42,525 nucleotides of DNA. It comes from Oleiagrimonas sp. (GTDB lineage: Bacteria; Pseudomonadota; Gammaproteobacteria; Xanthomonadales; Rhodanobacteraceae). The notes under the pieces are model-generated. The model was not told the origin of the DNA and ran no database searches. It saw only the letters and a list, made by a program, of their open reading frames with translations. How positions within the stretch are numbered: position 1 is the first letter of the stretch; the number at the start of each line of letters is the position of its first letter. The DNA lies in NCBI GenBank assembly GCA_035698945.1, contig DASSBH010000071.1, forward strand, positions 1 to 42,525, written 5' to 3'. Below, piece after piece: positions 1 to 9,028 of this stretch. The position numbers and the translations under genes are program-made.

Positions 1-1344
1 CAGATCCAGTTGGGTGAACAGCGACAACGCCATCGCGCCCAGGAAGATGCCCACGGCCACCCACAGCTTGCCGGGCCGCTGCTCGTCCTTGGGCACGTCG
101 GTGACCACGACGAGATCGCGATCCTCCTCGGCCATGACCAGTTGGCGCCAGTGGCTGTGCAACACCAGAGTGTCGCCGGCGCGCACGCTGACGTCGCGCA
201 GATCCTCGCGGAACACCTGGTCGCCACGGTTGAGCGCCAGCGGCGAAATGCCATAACGCTTGCGCAGATGCAATTCGCCCACCGTGTGCTTGATGAAGCG
301 CGAACCGGGCGGAATCACCGCCTCGGAAATGCCGGCGCGGGTGGGGTTGAACAGGTCGGCCAGCTGGCGCATGCGTGGCGACATCCGGCACAACTGGTTG
401 TTGGCGAACTCGGCAATCTGTTCGCGGGTGCCGAGTACGCCGAGGATGCTGCCGACCCATATCATCTGGTCGGCCGGCGGCGCCATGCGCGACTCGCTGC
501 CGTTTTTCATGGCCAGTATCAGCGGTGCGTCATGCAGCTGTTCGGCCTCGATCACTTTCATGCCGACCAGCGGACTTTCGGCGGTGACCGTGAGTTCGGC
601 GGTGTTGCCGGCAATGCCGTAGGTGTCGGCGAAATAACTTTCGGTGCGACCCGGCGTGACCTTCTGTCGTTCGCCCTCGCGCGCCGGCAACAGCTTGCGC
701 GAGAAGAAAAAGAAATACGCCACGCCCAGCACCGCCAGCGCCAGACCCACCGGTGTCACGCTGAACAGGCCAAACTTGGGAATGGTGTGCGCGCCCGGTG
801 GCAGGTTGCGGTTGGCGCTGTCGACCAGATCGTTGAGCAGGATCAGCGGCGAGTTGCCGATCAACGTGGTATTGGTGCCGGTAAGGATGCAAAACGCCAT
901 CGGCAGCAACAACCGCGACAATGGCACGCCGGTACGCGAAGACAGGCGGCCCGACACCGGAATCATCAACGTGGCCAGCGCCTGGCTGGGAATGATGGCG
1001 CTGAGCCCACTGGCCACCGAATTGACCACCAGTCCGAGACGCGATTCCACGCCCCGCGCCATGCGCATCACGAAATGGGCGGTCACGGTGAGCACACCGG
1101 CCCGATCCAGTCCTTCGCCCATGATCATGATGGCGATGATGGCGATGACCGCGTTGCCGGAAAAACCCTCGAACACGCGCTCCGGCGGAATCAGGCCGGT
1201 CAGGCCGATCACCACCACCACCAGCAGCGCCACCATGTCCGCGCGGATCCATTCCAGCACCAGCATGAGCATGGTGAAGCCGACCAGACCGAGCACCAGC
1301 ATCATGTCTGGGCTCAGGGTCAAACCGGCGGCGGCAGTATCCAT
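1..1344 (-). CDS. SLC13/CitMHS-like di/tricarboxylate or sulfate permease with TrkA-C (RCK-C) domains; 3' end runs off the window
   Basis: Translated by hand from the minus-strand ATG at 1344: MDTAAAGLTLSPDMMLVLGLVGFTMLMLVLEWIRADMVALLVVVVIGLTGLIPPERVFEGFSGNAVIAIIAIMIMGEGLDRAG..., later LTGTNTTLIGNSPLILLNDL. Typical SLC13 N-terminus. Missing from the ORF track because its stop codon is outside the window. Confidence 0.85.
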   Translation of the reverse strand, partial: MDTAAAGLTLSPDMMLVLGLVGFTMLMLVLEWIRADMVALLVVVVIGLTGLIPPERVFEGFSGNAVIAIIAIMIMGEGLDRAGVLTVTAHFVMRMARGVESRLGLVVNSVASGLSAIIPSQALATLMIPVSGRLSSRTGVPLSRLLLPMAFCILTGTNTTLIGNSPLILLNDLVDSANRNLPPGAHTIPKFGLFSVTPVGLALAVLGVAYFFFFSRKLLPAREGERQKVTPGRTESYFADTYGIAGNTAELTVTAESPLVGMKVIEAEQLHDAPLILAMKNGSESRMAPPADQMIWVGSILGVLGTREQIAEFANNQLCRMSPRMRQLADLFNPTRAGISEAVIPPGSRFIKHTVGELHLRKRYGISPLALNRGDQVFREDLRDVSVRAGDTLVLHSHWRQLVMAEEDRDLVVVTDVPKDEQRPGKLWVAVGIFLGAMALSLFTQLDL

Positions 1345-1408
1345 GGAGGGCGTCGTCCTGGTTTATGGCGAGGGCATGACCAAATGCTTGCCCGCCGCGT
1401 GCGGCGAG

Positions 1409-2122
1409 TCAAACGCGTTCATACAGAAGATCCCACACTCCGTGACCCAGTTTTCGGCCGCGTTGCTCAAAATGCGTCTGAATGCGCCATGGCGGACGTT
1501 CGACATAGTCGCCCGTGGCCGAACGATTGCGCCAACCCGGTGCCGCGCACATCACCTCGTGCATGTGCTCGGCATACGGCTGCCAGTCGGTGGCCAGATG
1601 CAGCAGGCCGCCGACAGCCACGCGCGAAGCGATCAGATCAACGAATGGCGGCTGGATCAGGCGGCGCTTGTGGTGGCGCTTCTTGGGCCAGGGATCGGGA
1701 AACCAGATGCGCACCTCGTCCAGCGCCGCCGGGGCGATGTCGTGCCGCAGCACTTCCACCGCGTCGTGACGGTACAGGCGCACGTTGTCGACGGCATCGG
1801 CGGCCAGCGCATTCATCAACCGGCCCACGCCGGGGCGATGCACTTCCACGCCGATGTAATCGCGCGCCGGATCCTGTGCCGCTGCCCACGCCAGCGCCTC
1901 GCCATTGCCGAAACCGATTTCCAGCACGCGCGGCGCGGCGCGACCAAAGGCGGCATCCAGATCGCGCGGCTGGCCCCGATAATCCAGGCCATAACGCGCC
2001 CAGTGCTCGTCGAAGGCCCGCTGCTGGGCCGGCGTGATGCGACCTTCGCGCAGCACAAAGCTGCGCACCGGGCGATGCGGGCGTGGATCGCGAGTGGCGG
2101 GCGTGTCCCCTGTCTGCATCAT
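1409..2122 (-). CDS. trmB: tRNA (guanine-N7)-methyltransferase TrmB
   Basis: [22 protein letters not shown] motif, [36 protein letters not shown]. Start trimmed to MMQTGD. Confidence 0.96.
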   Translation of the reverse strand: MMQTGDTPATRDPRPHRPVRSFVLREGRITPAQQRAFDEHWARYGLDYRGQPRDLDAAFGRAAPRVLEIGFGNGEALAWAAAQDPARDYIGVEVHRPGVGRLMNALAADAVDNVRLYRHDAVEVLRHDIAPAALDEVRIWFPDPWPKKRHHKRRLIQPPFVDLIASRVAVGGLLHLATDWQPYAEHMHEVMCAAPGWRNRSATGDYVERPPWRIQTHFEQRGRKLGHGVWDLLYERV

Positions 2123-2217
2123 TGGCGGGGGGCGCCATCGAGTGAAATCTGCATGCGGCCATTGTAACGTCTGCTGCCGCGCATGGCTTCCCGAGCGTGC
2201 GCTCAATGCGATTTGAT

Positions 2218-4347
2218 TCAGTGCGATTTGAAGCGCACCGCCTGCTTGCCGTGATTGCCCCGTGCGCGGTGCTCGGCAGGCGCTGGACGACTGACGGCGC
2301 GGAACTTCACCGGATGCGAAGCCGGCGGTGGCGGCGGAACCGGCCTCGACACGGACCGACGCACAACGGGCCGACGCACAGGTCGCGCCACATGCGGGCG
2401 TGCATGATGGCTCTTCACGGCGCGCACCGGCGGCGGATCGAAGCGCCTGGGCATCGCGGGGCGCGGACTGACCGACATGCGCGACGGCTTCGCCGGCGCA
2501 TGCCGCACCGGTCGAGTCGGAAACCGCCTTGGCGCAGGCGCCAGCCGCGGCGGTTTCGGCAAGTCCATCCGGGCCCGCCTGCGAACCGGCGCCGGAATCG
2601 AGGCGCGAGCCGTTTCGTCGGCCTGCAAGCGCGGTACCACCGGCAAATGTCTCGGCGTCGGTTCGGCATGTTTGTGCATGGCACGCATGCGCACGACGGG
2701 GGAAGTCGCCGGCTTGCGCGCCGCATGAGTCGATACCGCTTCACGCACGGCGGCGTGCGCGGACGGCCGCGCGAACGGCTTCGTGTGCAACGGTCGGTGT
2801 GGCGGGTCGACACGCGCCACGTTGTGGCCGCGATCCAGCAAACGCACGGGCGAAGCCCAGGGTGTGCGCGCCGGCCGCGCCTTGTTCGACGCAACGCGCG
2901 GATGCTGACGACGCGCCACCACCGGGCGCGCAAAATCCTTCACCGGCAGACGCTTCACGGTGGCCTCATGCAGCCGCGCGCGCCGCGGCGTCTGCGGACG
3001 CACGTCCACACCATGGAAGCGCACCGGCGCACGGCGCAGGGTCGGATTGTCCACATCCAGCAGGCGGGCCGTGTGCACATCGCGCCCTTCGGCCATCACC
3101 TTGCGCGACACCACGGTGATGCCGTGCGGCGGATACTTGCCGTGGAAATGGACGCGCGTCAGACGCTCGGGCTTGCGCCAGACGTTGTAGGCATCGTCCA
3201 CATGCTTTTTCCAATGCCGGTGACGATGGCGGCGAACGTCGCAATTCACGCGTCGGTAATAGTGACGACTGGCGCGGTACCAGGGGTTGTAGACCACGCC
3301 CGGCGCGAGCGGATACCAGCCGATCGGCGCGCTGCCGAAGCCCACCGACACCTGCCAGCCGCTGCCGCCGACGAAGGCCACCAGCGCCGGCGCATAGACC
3401 GCCGGCACGCCCGCCGGTCCCGGAATCCAGCCCCAGCGCCCACCAAACACGCTCCAGCGCCCGTAATGGAACGGCGCAAAGCCCCAGACCGCATCGCTGA
3501 TCCAGGTCCAGCCCCAAGGGGCGACCCAGGCCCAGTGGCCATGCCGGTACGGCACCCAGTCCGGGCCGACGTCGTCGGGGAACCACACCTGGCCATAATC
3601 GGCCTCGGCCTGCCACTCGCCGTAGCGGTCGAGATCCTGATAACCAATCGTGCCCGCCGACACGTATTGTCGGCTGTCGGAATCGACATACAGCTGTTCG
3701 CGCGAGCGGCACCAGCGATAGAACGCGTCGTCTTCGAGCGGCGCCATGGCCACGGCGTCCGCGAGCGAGGTGTCGACAAAACGGTAGCTCTGGCCGGCGG
3801 TCAGCGTCTGCCGCGCGCCATCGCTGCCGTAGATCACCGCGCTGCCCTCGCGCACCGACACGACGGTGGCGTCGCCCTCGCCCAGATCCACGCGCAGCGT
3901 GGCCGGGCGGTCGACCACGACGGCCACCTGCGGCGTGTCGATTTCATAGTCCTCGCCGTCGGGCAGCACGCGCACGTTCAATTGCAGCATGCCGTGGGTC
4001 AGCGACGCGCGGGTTTGCCAGTCGTCCATCTGCAGAAAACCGAGATCGGTATTCCCGGCCAGCCGCATGGCGGTGTCGCCGAGATCCAGTTCGAGGCGCG
4101 CATTCGCCCCGGTGGACAGGCGGTCGCCCTTGGTCAGCGGACGGTTGACGTCCACGCTGCGCCACTGGTCGGCGCCATCGGGCAGCAATCCCACCTCGCC
4201 GGCCACATATGCCACACGCGCCACACGACCGGGCGGATCACCCGCATTTTCGGTAGCCCATGTCGGCGCCATCCAGATGCTCAGCACGATCAGCGCCAAC
4301 AGCAGGCCGGTTCGGCGCCTCCGGAGAAAGTGGGCTTGCATGTCCAT
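2218..4347 (-). CDS. Secreted FecR-like/DUF6600-like protein with a long Pro/Arg-rich C-terminal tail
   Basis: Signal-peptide-like N-terminus, [37 protein letters not shown] (FecR-like), [62 protein letters not shown] upstream of the ATG at 4347. Confidence 0.8.
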   Translation of the reverse strand: MDMQAHFLRRRRTGLLLALIVLSIWMAPTWATENAGDPPGRVARVAYVAGEVGLLPDGADQWRSVDVNRPLTKGDRLSTGANARLELDLGDTAMRLAGNTDLGFLQMDDWQTRASLTHGMLQLNVRVLPDGEDYEIDTPQVAVVVDRPATLRVDLGEGDATVVSVREGSAVIYGSDGARQTLTAGQSYRFVDTSLADAVAMAPLEDDAFYRWCRSREQLYVDSDSRQYVSAGTIGYQDLDRYGEWQAEADYGQVWFPDDVGPDWVPYRHGHWAWVAPWGWTWISDAVWGFAPFHYGRWSVFGGRWGWIPGPAGVPAVYAPALVAFVGGSGWQVSVGFGSAPIGWYPLAPGVVYNPWYRASRHYYRRVNCDVRRHRHRHWKKHVDDAYNVWRKPERLTRVHFHGKYPPHGITVVSRKVMAEGRDVHTARLLDVDNPTLRRAPVRFHGVDVRPQTPRRARLHEATVKRLPVKDFARPVVARRQHPRVASNKARPARTPWASPVRLLDRGHNVARVDPPHRPLHTKPFARPSAHAAVREAVSTHAARKPATSPVVRMRAMHKHAEPTPRHLPVVPRLQADETARASIPAPVRRRARMDLPKPPRLAPAPRRFPTRPVRHAPAKPSRMSVSPRPAMPRRFDPPPVRAVKSHHARPHVARPVRRPVVRRSVSRPVPPPPPASHPVKFRAVSRPAPAEHRARGNHGKQAVRFKSH

Positions 4348-4402
4348 GGATGTCTCCCTCGATGCGACAGCTTCATCATGCAACGAACCGGCTGGCGTCG
4401 CG

Positions 4403-4430
4403 TTGACAACCGGCCCGGGCCGGCTACCAT
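4403..4430 (+). promoter_or_regulatory. Sigma70 promoter of tRNA-Gly
   Basis: TTGACA (4403-4408), 16-bp spacer, TACCAT (4425-4430), then a GC-rich discriminator; typical stable-RNA promoter layout. Confidence 0.7.
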
Positions 4431-4451
4431 GCAGCAGTCGCTGCACAGCAT

Positions 4452-4525
4452 GCGGGCGTAGCTCAATGGTAGAGCTGTAGCTTCCCAAGCTACTGACGAG
4501 GGTTCGATTCCCTTCGCCCGCTCCA
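4452..4525 (+). tRNA. tRNA-Gly (anticodon CCC)
   Basis: GCGGGCG/CGCCCGC acceptor stem, D-arm AGCTCAATGGTAGAGC, anticodon arm GTAGC-TTCCCAA-GCTAC, T-loop GGTTCGATTCC, encoded CCA; 74 nt. Confidence 0.98.
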
Positions 4526-4545
4526 CAACCTGCCAAATCCGTCAC

Positions 4546-4572
4546 AAAGTGCCTGAATTCAAGCACTTTTTT
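4546..4572 (+). terminator. Hairpin plus T-tract after tRNA-Gly
   Basis: AAAGTGC-CTGAATTCAA-GCACTTT followed by TTT. Confidence 0.55.
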
Positions 4573-4609
4573 AACGACGACTTAAACTCTGAGCGGCTAT
4601 AAAGGTCTC

Positions 4610-4725
4610 AACCGTGAAGCCATGGCAGTCCCTGCGGATTGCCGCGGCAGGCATGGTCATCGGGGCAGTCTCTTGGCCCGGGCTTGGCATCTCCCCAGTG
4701 ATTTCGCCATCCCGGGCTTTTTCTT
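4610..4725 (+). ncRNA. Candidate small regulatory RNA with a C-rich anti-Shine-Dalgarno loop
   Basis: TATAAA -10-like hexamer at 4598-4603; 8-bp hairpin GGCAGTCC/GGATTGCC (4624-4643); terminator stem GCCCGGG/CCCGGGC (4676-4717) with inner TGGC/GCCA, loop region ATCTCCCCAGTGAT, then TTTTTCTT. Ends approximate. Confidence 0.5.
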
Positions 4726-4819
4726 GCCCGCAGCAGACTCCACCCGTGCGGTCATCGCCAGTATCGTTCATTCCGGCTAAGCTGTGGCGGTCAAGAGCGC
4801 CATCGCCGCGAGGATTCCC

Positions 4820-5506
4820 ATGCATGTACTGGTGATTGAAGACAACAACGACCTGGCCACCAATATCGGGGACTACCTGGAAGACCGCGGCCACGTTGCC
4901 GATTTTGCCGGCGACGGCGTCACCGGCCTGCATCTGGCGGTGGTGCACGATTTCGACGTGATCGTGCTCGATCTCACCCTGCCCGGCATGGACGGCCTGG
5001 AAGTGGCGCGCAAGCTGCGCCAGGAAGCGCGCAAGCAGACGCCGATCCTGATGCTGACCGCGCGCGATGCGCTGGAGCAGAAAATCACCGGCTTCGAGTC
5101 CGGCGCAGACGACTACATGACCAAGCCATTCGCCCTGCAGGAACTGGGCGTGCGCCTGGAGGTGCTGGCCCGGCGCGGCAAGGGCCCGCAGAGCCGCGTG
5201 CTCAAGGTCGCCGACCTCACCTACAACCTGGACACGCTGACGGTGATGCGCGGCGGCAAGTCGATCCAGCTCAACCCGATCGGCCTGAAATTGCTGCAGG
5301 CGTTGATGGACGCCAGCCCGTCGGTGGTGACGCGTCAGGACCTGGAACAAAAAGTGTGGGGCGAGGAACTGCCCGATTCCGATTCGCTGCGCGTGCACAT
5401 CCACGGCCTTCGCGCCGCCATCGACAAGCCGTTCGACAAACCATTGATCCACACCCGTCACGGAATCGGCTACCGCATGGTCGACCCCGATGCGCTCCCG
5501 ACATAG
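4820..5506 (+). CDS. OmpR/PhoB-family response regulator (ColR-like)
   Basis: MHVLVIEDN..VIVLDLTLPGMDG..LMLTARD..GADDYMTKPF receiver domain; winged helix SDSLRVHIHGLRAAIDKPF..IHTRHGIGY. Confidence 0.93.
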   Translation: MHVLVIEDNNDLATNIGDYLEDRGHVADFAGDGVTGLHLAVVHDFDVIVLDLTLPGMDGLEVARKLRQEARKQTPILMLTARDALEQKITGFESGADDYMTKPFALQELGVRLEVLARRGKGPQSRVLKVADLTYNLDTLTVMRGGKSIQLNPIGLKLLQALMDASPSVVTRQDLEQKVWGEELPDSDSLRVHIHGLRAAIDKPFDKPLIHTRHGIGYRMVDPDALPT

Positions 5507-6779
5507 GCTGCGCACCCGCCTGATCGTCACCTTCGCGCTGTTCGGCCTGTGCCTGAGCGTGCTGTTTGCCGTGGCGGCAATGTACGTGCGCGCCAAGGTC
5601 GAGGATCAGCTCATCGTCAAGTCGCTGCAGCATGATGTCGACCAGGCGGTAAACAAGGCACTGCACGGCAAGCCGTCCACCTCCGAATTGCTGGAAGGCT
5701 GGTTCAAGAGCGAACGTACGCTCTACAAGATGCCGCTGGCGTGGCAAAACCTCCCGAGCGGCGTGCACGACATCTACGAAACCGGCTCCGATGGCGAGCG
5801 GCACCACTACAAGCTGGCGGTGCAGCGCAAGGACGGCATCATCGGCTTCGTGCGTTACGACGTCACGCGCGATGAGCTGGGCAAACGCCGCTTGATCGCC
5901 TATCTGATCGCCGTGGTGGTGCTGTTCAGCCTGCTCTCGCTCGGCCTCGGCATCTGGCTGTCACGGCGCGTCATGCGCCCGGTGACCGAACTGGCCGAGC
6001 GCCTGCGCGATTTCCGCAGCCATGGCAAGGCCGAACCCCTGGCGCCGCATTTCGCCCACGACGAAGTGGGCGAACTGGCGCAGGCGCTGGATGAATATTC
6101 CGAGCGTCTGGCCGCCATGGTCGAGCGCGATCGCGAATTCAATTCCGATGTCAGCCATGAACTGCGCACGCCGCTGGCGGTGATCGCCAGCACTACCGAA
6201 TTGCTGCAATCCTCGCCGGACCTCACCGACAAGCTGCGCGAACGCCTGAAGCGCATCGAACGCTCCTCGCGCCAGGCCACCGAAATGATCGAGGCGCTGC
6301 TGCTGCTGTCGCGCGCCGAACGCCGCGGCCCCACCCTGGGCGAAATCACCGATGCCGCCAAGGTCACCGCCGACGTGGTCGAAAGCCAGCGCCCGCAGAT
6401 GCGCGGACGCCCCATCGAGCTGCGCCTGGCCACGGCGCAGGCATTGAGCGTCAACGCCCCCGCCTCGGTGCTGTCGGTGGTGCTGACCAACCTGATCGGC
6501 AACGCCATCAAATATACGCAGGAAGGCGAAGTCACCGTGCGGGTGCTGGACGACCGCATCGTGGTCGAAGACACCGGCCCCGGCATCCGCGCCGAAGACG
6601 CGGAGCACCTGTTCGAACGCGGCGTACGCGGCGAAGATGCACCCAACGGCAGCGGCGCCGGCCTCGGCCTGGCCATCGTGCGACGCCTGTGCGATTTGTA
6701 TCAGTGGGACGTGTCGCTGCAGCCGCGTCAGGATGTGACGGGTGCGGTGGCTGTATTGCAGTTTCCAGGACGACGCTGA
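5490..6779 (+). CDS. HAMP-domain sensor histidine kinase (ColS-like)
   Basis: Two TM segments, HAMP (DEVGELAQAL), H-box SHELRTPLAVI, N-box NLIGNAIKYT, G-boxes DTGPGI and GAGLGLAIV; overlaps the response regulator. Confidence 0.93.
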   Translation: MRSRHRLRTRLIVTFALFGLCLSVLFAVAAMYVRAKVEDQLIVKSLQHDVDQAVNKALHGKPSTSELLEGWFKSERTLYKMPLAWQNLPSGVHDIYETGSDGERHHYKLAVQRKDGIIGFVRYDVTRDELGKRRLIAYLIAVVVLFSLLSLGLGIWLSRRVMRPVTELAERLRDFRSHGKAEPLAPHFAHDEVGELAQALDEYSERLAAMVERDREFNSDVSHELRTPLAVIASTTELLQSSPDLTDKLRERLKRIERSSRQATEMIEALLLLSRAERRGPTLGEITDAAKVTADVVESQRPQMRGRPIELRLATAQALSVNAPASVLSVVLTNLIGNAIKYTQEGEVTVRVLDDRIVVEDTGPGIRAEDAEHLFERGVRGEDAPNGSGAGLGLAIVRRLCDLYQWDVSLQPRQDVTGAVAVLQFPGRR

Positions 6780-6816
6780 CAGGTTCGGGACTCGGGAAAA
6801 GCGCAAGGCATTTTTT

Positions 6817-6892
6817 GACGCGGATTGACGCCGATGAACACGGATAAAGAAAGCAAATGCTTGATCCGTGTTCATCAGCGTCAATCCGTGTC
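6817..6892. repeat. Inverted repeat (29-nt arms) built from ~10-nt ACNCNGAT units; REP-like
   Basis: GACGCGGATTGACGCCGATGAACACGGAT ... ATCCGTGTTCATCAGCGTCAATCCGTGTC with 2 mismatches, between convergent genes. Confidence 0.8.
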
Positions 6893-6941
6893 CACAAATT
6901 TCTTCACGCCGCATCGACGTTCGACCTTGCGTCCCCGCAAT

Positions 6942-7304
6942 TCACGCCAACTCCACCTCGCCGTCGGACGTCACTTTCACCGGAATCTCATGCAGGCTCG
7001 CGCCGCGGCACGGGCCGCCCACGCACTGGCCGCTTTCGGCCTTGAAGCTGGCGCCGTGCACCGCGCAAACCAGAATGCCGTCCTTGAGCAAAAACCGCCC
7101 CGGCGCCCAGTCCAGACGACGGCCGGCATGTGGACAGACGTTCAGGTAGGCGCGTGCACACTGACCCTGACGTAGCACGATCAGGCTTTCCATCACGCCG
7201 TCGAGCATAACCTCCACGCCCACCGCATCGCCATCGGCCATGGCATCGAGTCGGCACAGTGTGTGACCGTTCGCTCCATTCATCGTGTCTGCCCCTTGCG
7301 TCAT
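6942..7304 (-). CDS. Rieske (2Fe-2S) ferredoxin-like protein
   Basis: CPH (NVCPHAG) and CxxH (CAVHGASF..SGQCVGGP) ligand motifs. Alternative start at 7283 with SD AAGGGG. Confidence 0.9.
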   Translation of the reverse strand: MTQGADTMNGANGHTLCRLDAMADGDAVGVEVMLDGVMESLIVLRQGQCARAYLNVCPHAGRRLDWAPGRFLLKDGILVCAVHGASFKAESGQCVGGPCRGASLHEIPVKVTSDGEVELA

Positions 7305-7357
7305 GTCAACGTCGGCCTCATGGTAAGAATCTGGATTGTAACTTTCAGGATTTCCGC

Positions 7358-7636
7358 ATGCGTTTTGTCATGGCGTCCTCCCGACACCCCCCGTCCCTGC
7401 TGACGCGCATTGCGGGCACGCTCGTCGCGTTGGTCTGCCTGGGCGCAGTGGTCGTATTCGGCTTGCTGGCCCTGGCGATCCTGCTGGTGGGCGGCGCCGT
7501 GTGGCTGGTCTGGTTCCGCTGGCGGCTGCACCGCTTGCGCAAGCAGGCCGAAGCACCCGACCTGGACGAGGATCATTCCGGCGTCATCGAAGGCGAATAC
7601 GTGGTGATCCACGAAAGCCACGACAACGCGCGCTGA
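7358..7636 (+). CDS. Small membrane protein of unknown function
   Basis: Long hydrophobic stretch, basic WFRWRLHRLRK, C-terminal VIEGEYVVI; SD AGGA upstream. Confidence 0.75.
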   Translation: MRFVMASSRHPPSLLTRIAGTLVALVCLGAVVVFGLLALAILLVGGAVWLVWFRWRLHRLRKQAEAPDLDEDHSGVIEGEYVVIHESHDNAR

Positions 7637-7648
7637 CGCATCCATCCG

Positions 7649-7686
7649 CAAGCGAAAGGCCGGAAAAACTTCCGGCCTTTCGCTTG
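7649..7686. terminator. Bidirectional terminator-like hairpin between convergent genes
   Basis: Perfect 17-bp arms CAAGCGAAAGGCCGGAA / TTCCGGCCTTTCGCTTG with a 4-nt loop. Confidence 0.75.
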
Positions 7687-7709
7687 TGTCACGGCGCCTT
7701 GCAGCTTGG

Positions 7710-9017
7710 CTATGATTCCCGCAAGGCCGTGCTGACCGGCAACCTGGCCGCACGCACCGCCGGAAACAGGCCGCCGATGAAGCCGATGGCCAAGGCCCAC
7801 TTCAGGCCCGTCCACAGCAGCCCCGGCGTCACCGCGAACTGGAAAACCACCTGGGTGAATCCCTGCAGGGTGGACGTGGTGTAGCCGTTGAATATCAGCC
7901 ACACGACCACGGCTCCCAGCACGCCGCCGAGCAGGGCCAGCAGCATCGTTTCCAGCATCACCGACACCACCACCGGCATGCCGCGGAAACCAATGGCGCG
8001 CAAGGTGGCGATTTCGCGCGCACGACTGCCGACGGCGGCGAACATGCAGTTGAGCGCGCCAAACACCGCGCCGATGGCCATGATCACGCCGACCACGGTG
8101 CCGACCACGTTGATCACCTTGCTCACTCCCGCCGACTGGTCGGCAAAATATTTGCGCGTGGTTTTGGCCTCGACCTTCAGTTTGGGATCGGAGGACACGG
8201 CCGCATTGAACGCATCGAAAGCGCTGGAACGGGTCAACTTGAGCAGCACCGAATCGACCGAGTTGCCGCGGCGGTAGGCCGAGGCCAGCACGTTGCGGTC
8301 GGTCCACAACTCCGAACCGTAGGCATTGTCGGCGGCGAACATGCCCACCACCTTCCAGCTCTGGTTGCCGAGCTTGACGGAGTTGCCCACGGTCAAACCG
8401 GCATACTGGCGCGCGGCCTTCTCGCCGACCACGATCTCGCGCATGCCGGTCTTGAACTTGCGTCCCTTGACGATCTTCAGATCCGGCCGCAACGTCCACG
8501 CCATCGGCCCGACACCGCGCAAACGCGCATTGCCGTCGTCGCCTGATCCCTTCTGCTTGATGTTGGCCGCCACCACCAGCTCGCCCGACACCATCGGTTT
8601 GCCGGAAGCGTCATGCGCCACGCCCGGCTCCTGCTCGATGGCAACGACATCGGTGTGTGCCAGCACCGACTGCGCCTCGCCCTGCGAACCGCCGCGCAGG
8701 ACGATGACCGTGTCGTCGCTGCCGCCGCTGGCCAGCGTCTTGTGGAAGCCCGCGCCCATCGACAGCATGGCCACCAGCACGCCAACCACGCCGGCGATGC
8801 CGATGATGATGACCGACGAGGAGCCCAGTCGCCGACGCATGGAACCGATGCCCACACCGGTCACCGACAAGGCCTGCCGCCCCGTGCGCGTGGACACCAG
8901 CCACAGGGCCAGCACGACAGCCAGCGCCAGCACGGCGAACCACGGCAACTTGACCCAGATGGCCAATGCCACCGCTACCACGACGATCAGACCCAGATTG
9001 ATCAGAAGCTTTTTCAT
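7710..9017 (-). CDS. MacB/FtsX-type ABC transporter permease
   Basis: IIGIAGVVGVLVAMLSM TM1, large periplasmic domain, RAREIATLRAIGF coupling motif, C-terminal FPAVRAARL. Confidence 0.9.
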   Translation of the reverse strand: MKKLLINLGLIVVVAVALAIWVKLPWFAVLALAVVLALWLVSTRTGRQALSVTGVGIGSMRRRLGSSSVIIIGIAGVVGVLVAMLSMGAGFHKTLASGGSDDTVIVLRGGSQGEAQSVLAHTDVVAIEQEPGVAHDASGKPMVSGELVVAANIKQKGSGDDGNARLRGVGPMAWTLRPDLKIVKGRKFKTGMREIVVGEKAARQYAGLTVGNSVKLGNQSWKVVGMFAADNAYGSELWTDRNVLASAYRRGNSVDSVLLKLTRSSAFDAFNAAVSSDPKLKVEAKTTRKYFADQSAGVSKVINVVGTVVGVIMAIGAVFGALNCMFAAVGSRAREIATLRAIGFRGMPVVVSVMLETMLLALLGGVLGAVVVWLIFNGYTTSTLQGFTQVVFQFAVTPGLLWTGLKWALAIGFIGGLFPAVRAARLPVSTALRES

Positions 9018-9028
9018 GATGCACTCCC

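Noticed and set aside
4382-4408. Minus-strand TGTCAAC-N16-CGTT, an ECF-like promoter for the DUF6600-like gene
   Set aside because: The -35 part is just the complement of the tRNA promoter TTGACA, so it is likely coincidental.
4348-4566. N-terminal extension of the DUF6600-like ORF to 4566
   Set aside because: It runs antisense through tRNA-Gly and its promoter; a good SD and signal peptide support the start at 4347.
4614-4835. 73-aa ORF MKPWQSLRIAAAG... over the sRNA candidate
   Set aside because: GTG start with no SD, it crosses a terminator and overlaps the response-regulator start. A leaderless peptide cannot be fully excluded without ribosome profiling.
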